The notes beneath the pieces are model-generated. The model ran no database searches, was not told the origin of the DNA, and saw nothing but the letters and a program-made list of their open reading frames with translations. From contig JAWLHJ010000004.1 in the NCBI GenBank assembly GCA_041690395.1, positions 305,365 to 369,364 of the forward strand: 64,000 nt of DNA, read 5' to 3'. Both the position numbers and the translations under genes were made by a program. Source of the DNA: Longimicrobiales bacterium. GTDB taxonomy: Bacteria > Gemmatimonadota > Gemmatimonadetes > Longimicrobiales > Gaopeijiaceae. Below are positions 52,289 to 64,000 of the stretch, piece after piece. The number at the start of each line of letters is the position of its first letter. The stretch's first letter is position 1.

Positions 52289-55059
52289 CCGAGCCCCGTC
52301 CCGCGTCGGCGCTGCCAGGCCTTGTCCAGCTCACCACCCAGGATGACGGTGGCGCCCACGCCCACCACGATGCCCCACTGAGCCGGGTCGAGCGGCACGG
52401 TCCGGAAGACGGTCTGCAGTGGCCCCCAGTACAGCACCGCGATCTGCGCCAGGAGCGCCGCGGACAAGCTCACGAACAGGAAGCGGTTGGAGAACGGCGG
52501 CACACGGAGGATCGACCGCTCGAGCGACCGACAGTTGAAGACGTGGAAGAACTGGAAGACCACCATCTGGGTCATCGCCATGGTTCGCGCCGTGTCGAGA
52601 TCTCCGGTGGCCTCCATCGTCCACCAGAACGTGCCGAGGGTACCGGCGGCCAGGACGACACCGACACCGCCCAAACGCTCGAGCAACCTCCACGGGAGGA
52701 TGCCCTCTCCACGGGGTCTCGGCTTCTTGCTCAGGAGACCCGGCTCACCCGGCTCCACGGCCAGCGCGATGTCCTGCAATCCGTTGGTCACGAGGTTGAT
52801 CCAGAGGATCTGTGCAGCCACGAACGGAAGCGGCCATCCCGCGGCCAGAGCGACGAGAATGGTGATGACCTCCCCCACCGCGGTGGAGAGCAGGAAGAAG
52901 GTGACCTTCCGGATGTTGGCGAAGACCACGCGCCCTTCCTCCACCGCCGCGCGGATGGTGGCGAAGTTGTCGTCCTGCAGGACCATGTCGGACGCTTCGC
53001 GAGCCACGTCGGTTCCGGTGATACCCATGGCGATCCCGAGGTGAGCGGCCCGGAGCGCCGGGGCGTCGTTGACGCCGTCCCCGGTCACCGCGACCACTTC
53101 GCCCCGGATCCGCAGCCGCTCGACGATGCGCAGCTTGTGCTCCGGGGCCACGCGGGCGAAGACGCGCACGCCCTCGTCGAGCACACGGTCCAACTCCTCG
53201 TCGGAGAGCTCGGCGAGCTCCGCGCCTTCGACCGCGCGACTGTCGGACCGGGCCAGCCCCAGCTGCACGCCGATGGCGAGTGCCGTGGCGAGGTGGTCGC
53301 CGGTGAGCATCATGACCGCTACGCCCGCGCCCTGCACGGCGGCGACCGCGTCGATGGCCTCGGGCCTCACCGGATCCTCCATGCCCTGGAGCCCGCAGAA
53401 CACGAAGCCGTCCTCCGTCGCCTCGGCCCCCAACGCCGACTCCGTGGTGTCACGGTACGCCATGGCCAGAACCCTCAGCCCCTCACCTGCCAGATCATGC
53501 GCGGCCTTCCGTATCTCGCGCTCCCGCCCGCGGTCCAGCGAGGCCGTCCCGTCCTCACCCGACACGGCGATGCACCGGGCGAGGACCGCCTCCGGCGCCC
53601 CCTTCATGTAGATCCGGAATCCCTCACCGAACCGCACGAGCGTCGCCATGAACTGCAGCTCGGGCTCGAACGGAAGCAGGTCGAGCTCGGGAAAGAGCTC
53701 CCGCTCGGACTTCGGCGCGATACCGGCCTTGGCCGCGGCCACCAACAGGGCGACCTCCGTGGGATCGCCCAGGGGATTTCCATCGTCTCCGACGATGCGC
53801 GCATCCGCTTCGCTGGCGAGCACACCGGCACGCAGCGTCTCCAGTAGAGGCGGGCGATCGTCGGCGTTCACCGGCTCCCCGTCGGCCTGGATCCCCCCTT
53901 CCGCATCGTATCCCACGCCCGTGACGTCGAAGCGCGCCCCCGACGTCCAGATGGTCCGCACGGTCATCTCGTTCCGCGTGAGGGTCCCCGTCTTGTCCGA
54001 GGCGATGACCGTCGTGCTGCCCAGCGTTTCCACCGCCGGGAGCCTGCGGACGATTGCCTTGCGCGCCGCCATCCTGCGGACGCCCACGGCGAGGGTGACC
54101 GTCAGCACCACCGGAAGACCCTCGGGAATCGCAGACACCGCCAGGGCCACCGTCGTCATGAAGACCTCGGCCCACCCCAGGCCACGGAGGAAGCCGAGCA
54201 CCGCGGCGACCAGCGACAGCCCGACCAGGGCAATCCCCACCCGCTTCCCGAAGTCATGCACGCTGACCTGGAGCGGGCTCCGGACCTCGCCCGCCTGCTG
54301 GACGGCCTCGGCGATCCGGCCCACCTCGGTGCGGCCGCCGGTGAGGACCACCAGGCCGCGCCCCCTTCCCCGCGTCACCATCGTCGCGCCGAACGCCATG
54401 TTGATCTGGTCGCCGGCCACGGGGGTGCCCTCGAGCTCCGCCTGTGGATCCTTGCGCACCGGGACGGACTCACCGGTGAGCATGGACTCGTCGACCTCCA
54501 GGTCCACGGACCGGAGCAAGCGCAGATCCGCCGGCACCCGGGCTCCGGACGCCAGAAGCACCACATCTCCCGGGACGAGGTCCTCCGCGGCCACTTGCCG
54601 AACTTCTCCGTCCCGGAGCACCTCGGCCTTGGGCGCGCTCAGACGGGCCAGCGCCAGCATGGCCTGACGCGCCTTGAACTCCTGCACGAACCCGATCAAG
54701 GCGTTGAGGAGCACCACCACCAGGATGACCGCGGCATCGACGTAATCGTCCAGGGCGATGGTGACGGCCGCCGCTACCAGGAGGATATAGATGAGGGGAT
54801 CACGGAACTGGTGGATCGCCAGCGACCACCACGGCTCCACCTCTTCCACACGGATCGTGTTGGGGCCGTAGCGCCCTAGACGGGCCCGGGCTTCCTCCGA
54901 GCCAAGCCCGTCGGCAGTGCTCTCCAGCCGCAGGGTGGCCTCGTCGGACCGGAGGGACCACCAGGGTGTGGGCTCCGCGTCACCGGCCTGACCGGTCGCG
55001 CCAGCCCCTTCGGGCGCGGAGGGCCCTTCGTCTGGGGACCTGAGGGACCGGTTCGGCAC
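52285..55059 (-). CDS. P-type II cation (Ca2+-like) transporting ATPase
   Basis: LTGES, IPEGLP, SDKTGTLT, KGAPE, LTGD, GDGVNDAPAL, QILWINLVT; start uncertain (GTG 55059). Confidence 0.93.
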   Translation of the reverse strand: MPNRSLRSPDEGPSAPEGAGATGQAGDAEPTPWWSLRSDEATLRLESTADGLGSEEARARLGRYGPNTIRVEEVEPWWSLAIHQFRDPLIYILLVAAAVTIALDDYVDAAVILVVVLLNALIGFVQEFKARQAMLALARLSAPKAEVLRDGEVRQVAAEDLVPGDVVLLASGARVPADLRLLRSVDLEVDESMLTGESVPVRKDPQAELEGTPVAGDQINMAFGATMVTRGRGRGLVVLTGGRTEVGRIAEAVQQAGEVRSPLQVSVHDFGKRVGIALVGLSLVAAVLGFLRGLGWAEVFMTTVALAVSAIPEGLPVVLTVTLAVGVRRMAARKAIVRRLPAVETLGSTTVIASDKTGTLTRNEMTVRTIWTSGARFDVTGVGYDAEGGIQADGEPVNADDRPPLLETLRAGVLASEADARIVGDDGNPLGDPTEVALLVAAAKAGIAPKSERELFPELDLLPFEPELQFMATLVRFGEGFRIYMKGAPEAVLARCIAVSGEDGTASLDRGREREIRKAAHDLAGEGLRVLAMAYRDTTESALGAEATEDGFVFCGLQGMEDPVRPEAIDAVAAVQGAGVAVMMLTGDHLATALAIGVQLGLARSDSRAVEGAELAELSDEELDRVLDEGVRVFARVAPEHKLRIVERLRIRGEVVAVTGDGVNDAPALRAAHLGIAMGITGTDVAREASDMVLQDDNFATIRAAVEEGRVVFANIRKVTFFLLSTAVGEVITILVALAAGWPLPFVAAQILWINLVTNGLQDIALAVEPGEPGLLSKKPRPRGEGILPWRLLERLGGVGVVLAAGTLGTFWWTMEATGDLDTARTMAMTQMVVFQFFHVFNCRSLERSILRVPPFSNRFLFVSLSAALLAQIAVLYWGPLQTVFRTVPLDPAQWGIVVGVGATVILGGELDKAWQRRRGTGLG

Positions 55060-55190
55060 GAAGTCAGCCTGGGAAAGGAACGAGCGTCGGGGCGGGCGGA
55101 GGGTCCGAATCACGCTAGCGACGGAAGGGATCGGCGGCAACGAGGGGGGGCGGGCAACAGATGGCCGACCGGTCAGACCGGATGCCGTGG

Positions 55191-55218
55191 TTGACACGAT
55201 TTTAGGACGACCTAATAT
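55191..55218 (+). promoter_or_regulatory. sigma70 promoter of the TonB receptor operon
   Basis: TTGACA-N16-TAATAT. Confidence 0.7.
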
Positions 55219-55240
55219 TTCTATTTGAGGCCGTCCTAAA
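55201..55240. promoter_or_regulatory. Tandem DtxR/MntR-family-like operator boxes
   Basis: TTAGG-ACGA-CCTAA (55202-55215) and TGAGG-CCGT-CCTAA (55226-55239), overlapping and following the promoter. Confidence 0.75.
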
Positions 55241-55258
55241 CCATGCAGGTATCCTCTC

Positions 55259-57478
55259 ATGCCCATGCATGCTTCCTTGTTGATCCCGACGCTGATTATC
55301 GGCTTCGCGCTCCCACCCTCAGGCCTGCGCGCCGCTCAGGACGCCGAGGTGGGGCACGCCCTGGCCGGCCGGGTGGTCGACGAGGCGGGCGCTCCCGTCG
55401 CCTTCGCGGAGGCCTCGCTCGCGGGCCGCCAGGGCTCGGCGCTGGCGGACCGGACCGGCCTGTTCCAGCTACGGGGGCTCCCCGTGGGCGGGCACCGGCT
55501 CGTCGTGTCCGCCACGGGCTACGCCACCACAGAGCACGAGGTCGACGTTCCGGCGGGCGCGCCCGCGACCATCGTGCTCAGGACGGACCCGGTCGCTCTC
55601 GAAGCGCTGACCGTGACCGGCACGATGCAGCGGACCTCGGTTGCCGAGTCCCCGGTCAAGATCGACGTCGTGCCCGGTCGTGTGCTCCAGCGCAACGCGA
55701 CGAACAACCTCACGGAGGCAATCCAGTACGTGAACGGCCTCTATACCCAGATCGACTGCGGCGTCTGCTACACGAACAGCATTCGGATCAACGGGATGGA
55801 GGGTCCCTATACCGCGGTCCTGATCGACGGGATGCCGCTGATGAGCGCGCTCGCTTCCGTATACGGACTCAACGGTCTGAACCCGGCGCTCATCGAACAG
55901 ATCGAGATCGTGAAGGGACCGGCCTCGACGCTGTACGGCTCCGAGGCGATGGCGGGGGTGATCAACGTGATCACCAAGGACCCCCGCTTCGCCCCGAAGC
56001 TCTCGGTCGATGCCCGCGCCACGTCGGATGCGGAGGGGAACCTGGACGGCGCCGTGGCCTCGGAGCCCGGAGACGTGAGCGGTTTCGTCAGCGGCAACGT
56101 GGCGTACAACCAGAGGTTCGTGGACGAAAACGGCGACGGGTTCACGGACTTCCCCCTGACCCGGCGCGCGGTCGTGTTCGCCAAGGTCGATAGATCCATG
56201 GACGGGATGCGGCGCGGAGGCCTGAGCGCCCGTTATCTCTGGGAGGATCGCTTCGGAGGCGTCGAGGCGTGGACTCCCGCCGACCGCGGAAGCGACCAGG
56301 TCTACGGCGAGTCGATCGTCACGCGACGGGCCGAGCTCATCGGCTCCTGGACCCCGGAGTGGAGCCCAGGGCTGCGGGTCGAAGGGTCGTACACGTGGCA
56401 CGACCAGCGGAGCCATTACGGCGACGCCTCGTTCGATGCCACCCAGCACGTCGGCTTCGCGAACGTGCTCCTCACGCGGCGCGTCGGGGCGCACGCGCTG
56501 CTCTTCGGCGCCACGACCCGGCTCGAGTCGTACGACGACGACACGCCCGCGACGCCGAGCGCCGACCGGCGCTGGGTGCCGGGTCTCTTCGTTCAGGACG
56601 AGGTACGGTTCGGGGGTGGCTCCACGGTGCTCGCGGGGGCACGAGTCGATCGCTACGGAGCGCACGGCCTCGTGGTCTCGCCTCGCCTGGCCCTCAAGTG
56701 GGAGCCCCTCGAGCACACGGCCCTCCGCCTGAACGCCGGCACCGGATTCCGGGCGGTCCATCTCTTCACCGAGGACCATGCCGCCCTCACGGGGTCCCGC
56801 GAGGTCATCATCGCGTCCGAGCTCGAGCCCGAGCGGTCGAGGAGCGTCACGCTGAACGTGAACCAGGTCGTCGAGTTCGGGCCGAACCCGATGATGATCG
56901 ACCTGGACCTGTTCCATACGCGCTTCAGCAACAAGATCGTCCCCGACTACGACGTCGACCCTCGGTGGATCGTGTACGACAACCTCGGGGGACACGCGGT
57001 GAGCCGGGGCATCTCGCTGTCGCTGAACCAGAACGTGGACTTCGACCGCTTCCTCTACTCGGTGGGCGTCACGTTCCAGGACGTCTTCACCGAGCGCGGC
57101 GGGACGCGGGAGGACGAGTTCTTCGCGCCGAGCACGCGCGCCGTTCTGGGCGCCACCTACAACGCGCGAGACCTGCCGTTCTCGCTCGATTACACCGGGT
57201 CCGTGACAGGGCCGATGCGGCTGCCGAGCTACGCGGCTCCGTTCGAGAGACCCGAGCGCTCAGCGACGTATTCGGTTCACAACCTGCAGGGCACGTGGCG
57301 GCTCGAGAACGGCACCCAGCTCTACCTGGGCGTGAAGAACCTGCTCGACTTCGTGCAGCCGAGCGCGCTCGTGAATCCGGCGGAGCCATTCAGCGACAGC
57401 TTCGACACGGCCTACGTATACGGGCCGCTGCGGGGTCGGCACCTCATGCTCGGGGTCCGCTACGGGCTTGCGCGATGA
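55259..57478 (+). CDS. TonB-dependent receptor with N-terminal beta-sandwich and CxxC-containing plug
   Basis: LTVTG TonB-box-like segment, CGVC, IRING, VLIDG.P, IEIVKGPASTLYGSEAMAGVINVIT, GVKNLLD, GVRY. Confidence 0.93.
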   Translation: MPMHASLLIPTLIIGFALPPSGLRAAQDAEVGHALAGRVVDEAGAPVAFAEASLAGRQGSALADRTGLFQLRGLPVGGHRLVVSATGYATTEHEVDVPAGAPATIVLRTDPVALEALTVTGTMQRTSVAESPVKIDVVPGRVLQRNATNNLTEAIQYVNGLYTQIDCGVCYTNSIRINGMEGPYTAVLIDGMPLMSALASVYGLNGLNPALIEQIEIVKGPASTLYGSEAMAGVINVITKDPRFAPKLSVDARATSDAEGNLDGAVASEPGDVSGFVSGNVAYNQRFVDENGDGFTDFPLTRRAVVFAKVDRSMDGMRRGGLSARYLWEDRFGGVEAWTPADRGSDQVYGESIVTRRAELIGSWTPEWSPGLRVEGSYTWHDQRSHYGDASFDATQHVGFANVLLTRRVGAHALLFGATTRLESYDDDTPATPSADRRWVPGLFVQDEVRFGGGSTVLAGARVDRYGAHGLVVSPRLALKWEPLEHTALRLNAGTGFRAVHLFTEDHAALTGSREVIIASELEPERSRSVTLNVNQVVEFGPNPMMIDLDLFHTRFSNKIVPDYDVDPRWIVYDNLGGHAVSRGISLSLNQNVDFDRFLYSVGVTFQDVFTERGGTREDEFFAPSTRAVLGATYNARDLPFSLDYTGSVTGPMRLPSYAAPFERPERSATYSVHNLQGTWRLENGTQLYLGVKNLLDFVQPSALVNPAEPFSDSFDTAYVYGPLRGRHLMLGVRYGLAR

Positions 57479-58071
57479 GGCGAGCCGCCTCCCTCCTGCC
57501 GCTGTCGCTCGCGGAATGCCCGACCCGGTTCATGGCCGTGGTCCTGGTGGCCCTTGGCGCGGCGTCGACCCTCGGGCCCGAGTCCGTCGATGGCCAGACG
57601 TCATCCTCCGGGATCGACGCCACGATCGACACCGCGCTCGTCACGTTCGGCGACGCGGACTACTCGTGGAAGATCCGGCCAATGGAGGGCGCCACCACGA
57701 CACTCGGGTCATTCCAGGGCGAAGTCCTCTTCATCAACCTGTGGGCGTCGTGGTGCGCGCCGTGCGTGCGCGAGCTCGCGAGCATCGAGCGGCTTCGTGA
57801 GCGACTCCGGGACACGGACGTGCGCTTCCTGATCGTGGCGGCCGAAGGAGAGCGGCCCGTCCGACGGTTCCTGCGTCGGTACGGCTATGACCTCCCCTTC
57901 TACCTAGAGGTATCCCGCATGCCCGCGACCTTCGGGCTCCGTGGGCTCCCCACCACCTGGGTCATCGACCGCGACGGGCACATCGTCCTGCTTCGACATG
58001 GCGAAGCGGTGTGGGACACGGACGAGGTGGAGGCCCTTCTACGGCGGGTCCGGGAGACAGACTCGCTCTAG
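57475..58071 (+). CDS. TlpA-family thiol-disulfide oxidoreductase
   Basis: [30 protein letters not shown] overlap with the receptor. Confidence 0.9.
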   Translation: MRRAASLLPLSLAECPTRFMAVVLVALGAASTLGPESVDGQTSSSGIDATIDTALVTFGDADYSWKIRPMEGATTTLGSFQGEVLFINLWASWCAPCVRELASIERLRERLRDTDVRFLIVAAEGERPVRRFLRRYGYDLPFYLEVSRMPATFGLRGLPTTWVIDRDGHIVLLRHGEAVWDTDEVEALLRRVRETDSL

Positions 58072-58092
58072 ATCTGGATCAATTCCAAATCT
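58070..58092. promoter_or_regulatory. Candidate FurA/PerR-type operator
   Basis: AGATCTGGA-TCAAT-TCCAAATCT (8/9 inverted match), 16 nt upstream of the fur ATG. Confidence 0.6.
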
Positions 58093-58108
58093 CAGGCTAT
58101 CTTGTCGC

Positions 58109-60821
<2,713 letters not shown>

Positions 60822-60847
60822 TCACCGGCGGAGTGGTACAGGAGGGT

Positions 60848-60888
60848 CGAAGAGGGCGTCCCGGTCGGCGATCGGGGCGCCCTTTTCG
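60848..60888 (+). terminator. Intrinsic terminator after katG
   Basis: GAGGGCGTCCCGGTC-GGC-GATCGGGGCGCCCTTTT. Confidence 0.75.
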
Positions 60889-60985
60889 ATTACGAGAGTG
60901 CAGGCCTCATTCCTGGCACGATGGCGCACCGAGCGGTACGCGCGCCATCCTGATCGGCATGGATTCACCCGAACGGAGGCCACGG

Positions 60986-61732
60986 ATGAGTGAGCTCGCC
61001 TGGATCGTCGCCGGCGGCGTCGCCATGACGGCGATCGCCCTCGTCGGAAGCATTACGCTCCTCGTGCGGCCTTCGACGTTGGAGCGGCTCCTCCTCCCCC
61101 TCGTGGGCCTGGCGGCCGGCTCGCTCCTCGGCGGAGCGCTGTTCCACATGCTGCCCGAGGCGCTCGCTCGGGCGGAGAACGCCATGGGTCCGTGGGTCTG
61201 GGCCGCAGTCGGATTCACCTCGTTCTACGCGTTGGAACAGTTCATCCACGGCCACCACCGGCACCGTGACGCGGCGGCCGGGCGCGAGCCCGTCACGTAT
61301 CTCATCCTGGTCGCGGACGGTCTGCACAACTTCCTCGGGGGCCTCGCCGTCGCGAGCGCATTCCTCGTCGACATCCCCCTGGGGATCACGACGTGGCTGG
61401 TGGCGGCCGCGCATGAGGTGCCGCAGGAGCTGGGCGACTTCGGAGTTCTCGTGCACGGAGGATGGAGCCGCGGCCAGGCCCTTCTCGCGAACGTCCTCTC
61501 CGGCTCGACGTTCCTCGTCGGCGGACTCATCGCGTACATGGCGTCGCGATCGTTCGACGTGGCGTTCCTGCTCCCGTTCGCGGCGGGCAACTTCCTCTAC
61601 ATCGCGGCGGCCGACCTCGTCCCCGAGACCAATCGACCGCGAGGGACGGCGAGCGATTCCGTGGCCACGCTCGGGGCATTCCTCCTCGGCCTGGCGCTCC
61701 TGTACGTGCTCGCGATCGGCGTGAGGGGTTGA
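60986..61732 (+). CDS. ZIP-family divalent metal transporter
   Basis: AAGSLLGGALFHMLPE, His loop HGHHRH, DGLHNF.GG, HEVPQELGDF, GNFLYIAAADL.PE. Confidence 0.92.
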   Translation: MSELAWIVAGGVAMTAIALVGSITLLVRPSTLERLLLPLVGLAAGSLLGGALFHMLPEALARAENAMGPWVWAAVGFTSFYALEQFIHGHHRHRDAAAGREPVTYLILVADGLHNFLGGLAVASAFLVDIPLGITTWLVAAAHEVPQELGDFGVLVHGGWSRGQALLANVLSGSTFLVGGLIAYMASRSFDVAFLLPFAAGNFLYIAAADLVPETNRPRGTASDSVATLGAFLLGLALLYVLAIGVRG

Positions 61733-61961
61733 ACGGACCGACCAAACGTTCCTTCCCTGACCTTCCGGGGCGAGCCAACACCTCCCATTATGAGACGTCG
61801 TGGCTCGCCCCTCGAGAGGCCACGCTCACTGGTTGTCGGATGGGACTTGCACGCGCTTCACCCCCTGGGCACCGCAGCTAGGCCGGACGGGATGACCGCT
61901 GATGGGACAACATGTCCCATGCACGCCAGGGCGGGCCGACCCACTGTAGACCGGAGGACCG

Positions 61962-64000
61962 ATGGGAACCGATGGCCGATGGGGCGACCGGAGCGCGGAG
62001 CGACACCACATGGTCGAGCACCAGCTCGCGCGCCGAGGGATCCGCGACAACCGCGTGCTGGATGCCATGCGCACGGTGCCGAGGGAGCGATTCGTCGGGG
62101 GGGACATGTCCGAGTTCGCCTACGACGACACACCCCTTCCCATCGAGGAGGGGCAGACGATCTCCCAGCCCTACATCGTGGCGGTCATGCTCGAGGCGCT
62201 GCAACTCCGCCCGGACGACCGGGTCCTCGAAGTCGGGGCCGGGTCGGGATACGCCGCCGCCGTGCTTGGCCGAATCGTGGCCCAGGTCTGGGCGATCGAG
62301 CGCTACCGGGCGCTCGCCGAGCGAGCGAGAAGGCGCACGGCCGAGCTGGGTTACGACAACGTCGAGATCGCGGCCGGTGACGGGACGCTCGGTTGGGGTG
62401 AGCACGCCCCGTTCGACGCGATCGTGGTGGCCGCCGGCGGGCCCGAGGTGCCGAAGCCCCTGCTCGACCAACTCGCGATCGGAGGGCGCCTCGTGATCCC
62501 GGTGGGCGTGGAGGCCCGGGCGCAGGAGCTGGTTCGCGTGACTCGCGTCGCCGAGCACGAATACGTCGAGGATCGTCTCGGCCGGGTGCAGTTCGTTCCC
62601 CTGATCGGGAGCGCGGGCTGGGCGATCGACGCCGGCGCGGAAGTGCGCCACCGCGCCGCGCGCCCGCTCCGGATCGCCACCGAGGACGGAGAGGAGGTCA
62701 GCGCGCTGATCGCCCAGCACTGTGCCCCGTTCGGTGCGCTCGAGCAGGCTGACCTCGCACCGCTCCTCGAACGGATCGGCGACGCGCGCATCGTGATGAT
62801 CGGGGAGGCCACGCACGGCACGTCCGAATTCTACCGCATGCGCGCCCGCATCACGCAGGCGCTCATCGAGGAGAAGGGATTCAACATCGTCGCCATCGAG
62901 GGCGACTGGCCCGACGTCGCGGCCCTCGACGCGCACGTTCGTCCAGAGGCGCGCAGGCCGCCCCCGGGACCTGCCTTTCAGCGCTTCCCCGCCTGGATGT
63001 GGCGGAACGAGGAGACCCGCGCCTTCGTGGACTGGCTTCGCCAGCACAACCAGGAGAGCTCGGACACGGCCCACCAGGTCGGGATGTACGGACTCGATCT
63101 GTATAGCCTGAACGCCTCGATCCGGGCAGTGCTCCGATTCCTCGACGAGGTCGACCCCGAGGCGGCCGAGTCCGCGCGCGTCCGATATGGGTGTTTCAGC
63201 CCATGGGAACTCGATCCCGCGGTGTATGGCCGGGCGGCCGCGGCTGGGCGCCTCGATGGCTGCGAGGAAGAGGTCCTCGATGTCCTCGACGAGCTGTTGA
63301 CGAGGCGTCTCGACTATGAGCTGCACGACGGTGCGAGCGTGTTCGACGCCGAGCGCAACGCCGTCGTTGTCCGCGAAGCCGAGCGCTACTACAGGGTCAT
63401 GTACCGGGGTTCCCGCGAGTCCTGGAACCTGCGAGACGCCCACATGTTCGACGTGCTCTCGGCGACGATGGAACATCGCGGTCCCGACGCGCGTGCCGTG
63501 GTCTGGGCCCACAACTCGCACGTGGGCGACGCGCGCGCGACGGAGATGGGTCAGCGCGGCGAGCACAACATCGGGCAGCTCGTGCGCGAGTCGTATGGTG
63601 AGGCGGCGTACAACATCGGATTCGGGACGCACCGCGGGACTGTGGCCGCGGCCGACGACTGGGACGGACCGATGCGGGTCATGCAGGTCCGTCCCTCCCA
63701 CCCGGACAGCTACGAGCGTCTCTGCCACGGCGCCGCCGTCGGGAACTTCATGCTCCCGCTCCGGCATCCCGCCGTGCCAGAGATCCGCCGGGCGCTGCTC
63801 GAGCCACGGTTGGAGCGCGCGATCGGAGTCGTGTACCGGCCGAGCACGGAGCTCGTCAGCCACTACTTCCAGGCGGTCCTTCCCGTCCAGTTCGACGAGC
63901 TGATTTGGTTCGAAGAGAGTAACGCGGTGCGCCCCCTGCCCGAGCGCGTCGTCGGCTCCAGGAGAGACGAAGATGTGCCCGAGACTTATCCGTTCGCCCT
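61962..64000 (+). CDS. Protein-L-isoaspartate O-methyltransferase fused to an erythromycin-esterase-family domain (stop beyond the window)
   Basis: Manual translation from ATG 61962 (GGAGG RBS): VLDAMRTVPRERF, GQTISQPYIVA, VLEVGAGSGY, FVPLIG; then IGEATHGTSEFY, IEGDWPD, WMWRN, GLDLYS, WNLRD.HM, WAHNSHVGD, ETYPFA. Confidence 0.9.
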   Translation, partial: MGTDGRWGDRSAERHHMVEHQLARRGIRDNRVLDAMRTVPRERFVGGDMSEFAYDDTPLPIEEGQTISQPYIVAVMLEALQLRPDDRVLEVGAGSGYAAAVLGRIVAQVWAIERYRALAERARRRTAELGYDNVEIAAGDGTLGWGEHAPFDAIVVAAGGPEVPKPLLDQLAIGGRLVIPVGVEARAQELVRVTRVAEHEYVEDRLGRVQFVPLIGSAGWAIDAGAEVRHRAARPLRIATEDGEEVSALIAQHCAPFGALEQADLAPLLERIGDARIVMIGEATHGTSEFYRMRARITQALIEEKGFNIVAIEGDWPDVAALDAHVRPEARRPPPGPAFQRFPAWMWRNEETRAFVDWLRQHNQESSDTAHQVGMYGLDLYSLNASIRAVLRFLDEVDPEAAESARVRYGCFSPWELDPAVYGRAAAAGRLDGCEEEVLDVLDELLTRRLDYELHDGASVFDAERNAVVVREAERYYRVMYRGSRESWNLRDAHMFDVLSATMEHRGPDARAVVWAHNSHVGDARATEMGQRGEHNIGQLVRESYGEAAYNIGFGTHRGTVAAADDWDGPMRVMQVRPSHPDSYERLCHGAAVGNFMLPLRHPAVPEIRRALLEPRLERAIGVVYRPSTELVSHYFQAVLPVQFDELIWFEESNAVRPLPERVVGSRRDEDVPETYPFA

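Noticed and set aside
62700..64000. Macrolide-resistance gene (ere)
   Set aside because: Fused to Pcm, chromosomal, with no mobile context; family membership alone does not show resistance

Overview
High-GC bacterial chromosomal window from a diderm organism; Gemmatimonadota-like by gene style, which is inference only. It is densely coding, and I see no rRNA, tRNA, CRISPR array or transposase. 1-7.9 kb (minus): housekeeping run aroC-aroK-topA-trmFO-xerC-hslV-hslU. 8-37 kb: a large type IVa pilus locus with pilMNOPQ, two sets of minor pilins (fimT/pilV/pilW/pilX-like), two tandem major-type pilins behind a sigma54 promoter, and two PilS/PilR-like sigma54 two-component systems. Embedded in it is a candidate surface-modification module: a DPM1-like GT2, two GT-C membrane glycosyltransferases (one TMTC-like with TPRs), and two membrane proteins fusing MFS-like helices to a 'spermidine synthase' SAM fold that lacks the aminopropyltransferase motifs and appears to face the periplasm. 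37-46 kb: Mn-SOD, dinB, btpA, an AGCS symporter, a desaturase and sahR-ahcY. 46-55 kb: two convergent redox operons (Met-rich periplasmic protein, beta-barrel, cytochrome c/beta-barrel fusion, pentaheme cytochrome >< monoheme cytochrome, NOX-like flavocytochrome b, P-type ATPase). 55-64 kb: a TonB receptor with a CxxC plug behind DtxR/MntR-type boxes, TlpA, furA-katG, a ZIP transporter and a Pcm/erythromycin-esterase fusion. Best candidates for an undescribed system: (1) pilin glycosylation plus extracytoplasmic SAM-dependent methylation; (2) a trans-envelope cytochrome-porin electron conduit. All calls come from motif recognition by eye; no searches were run, and several start codons were re-assigned from the ORF track.
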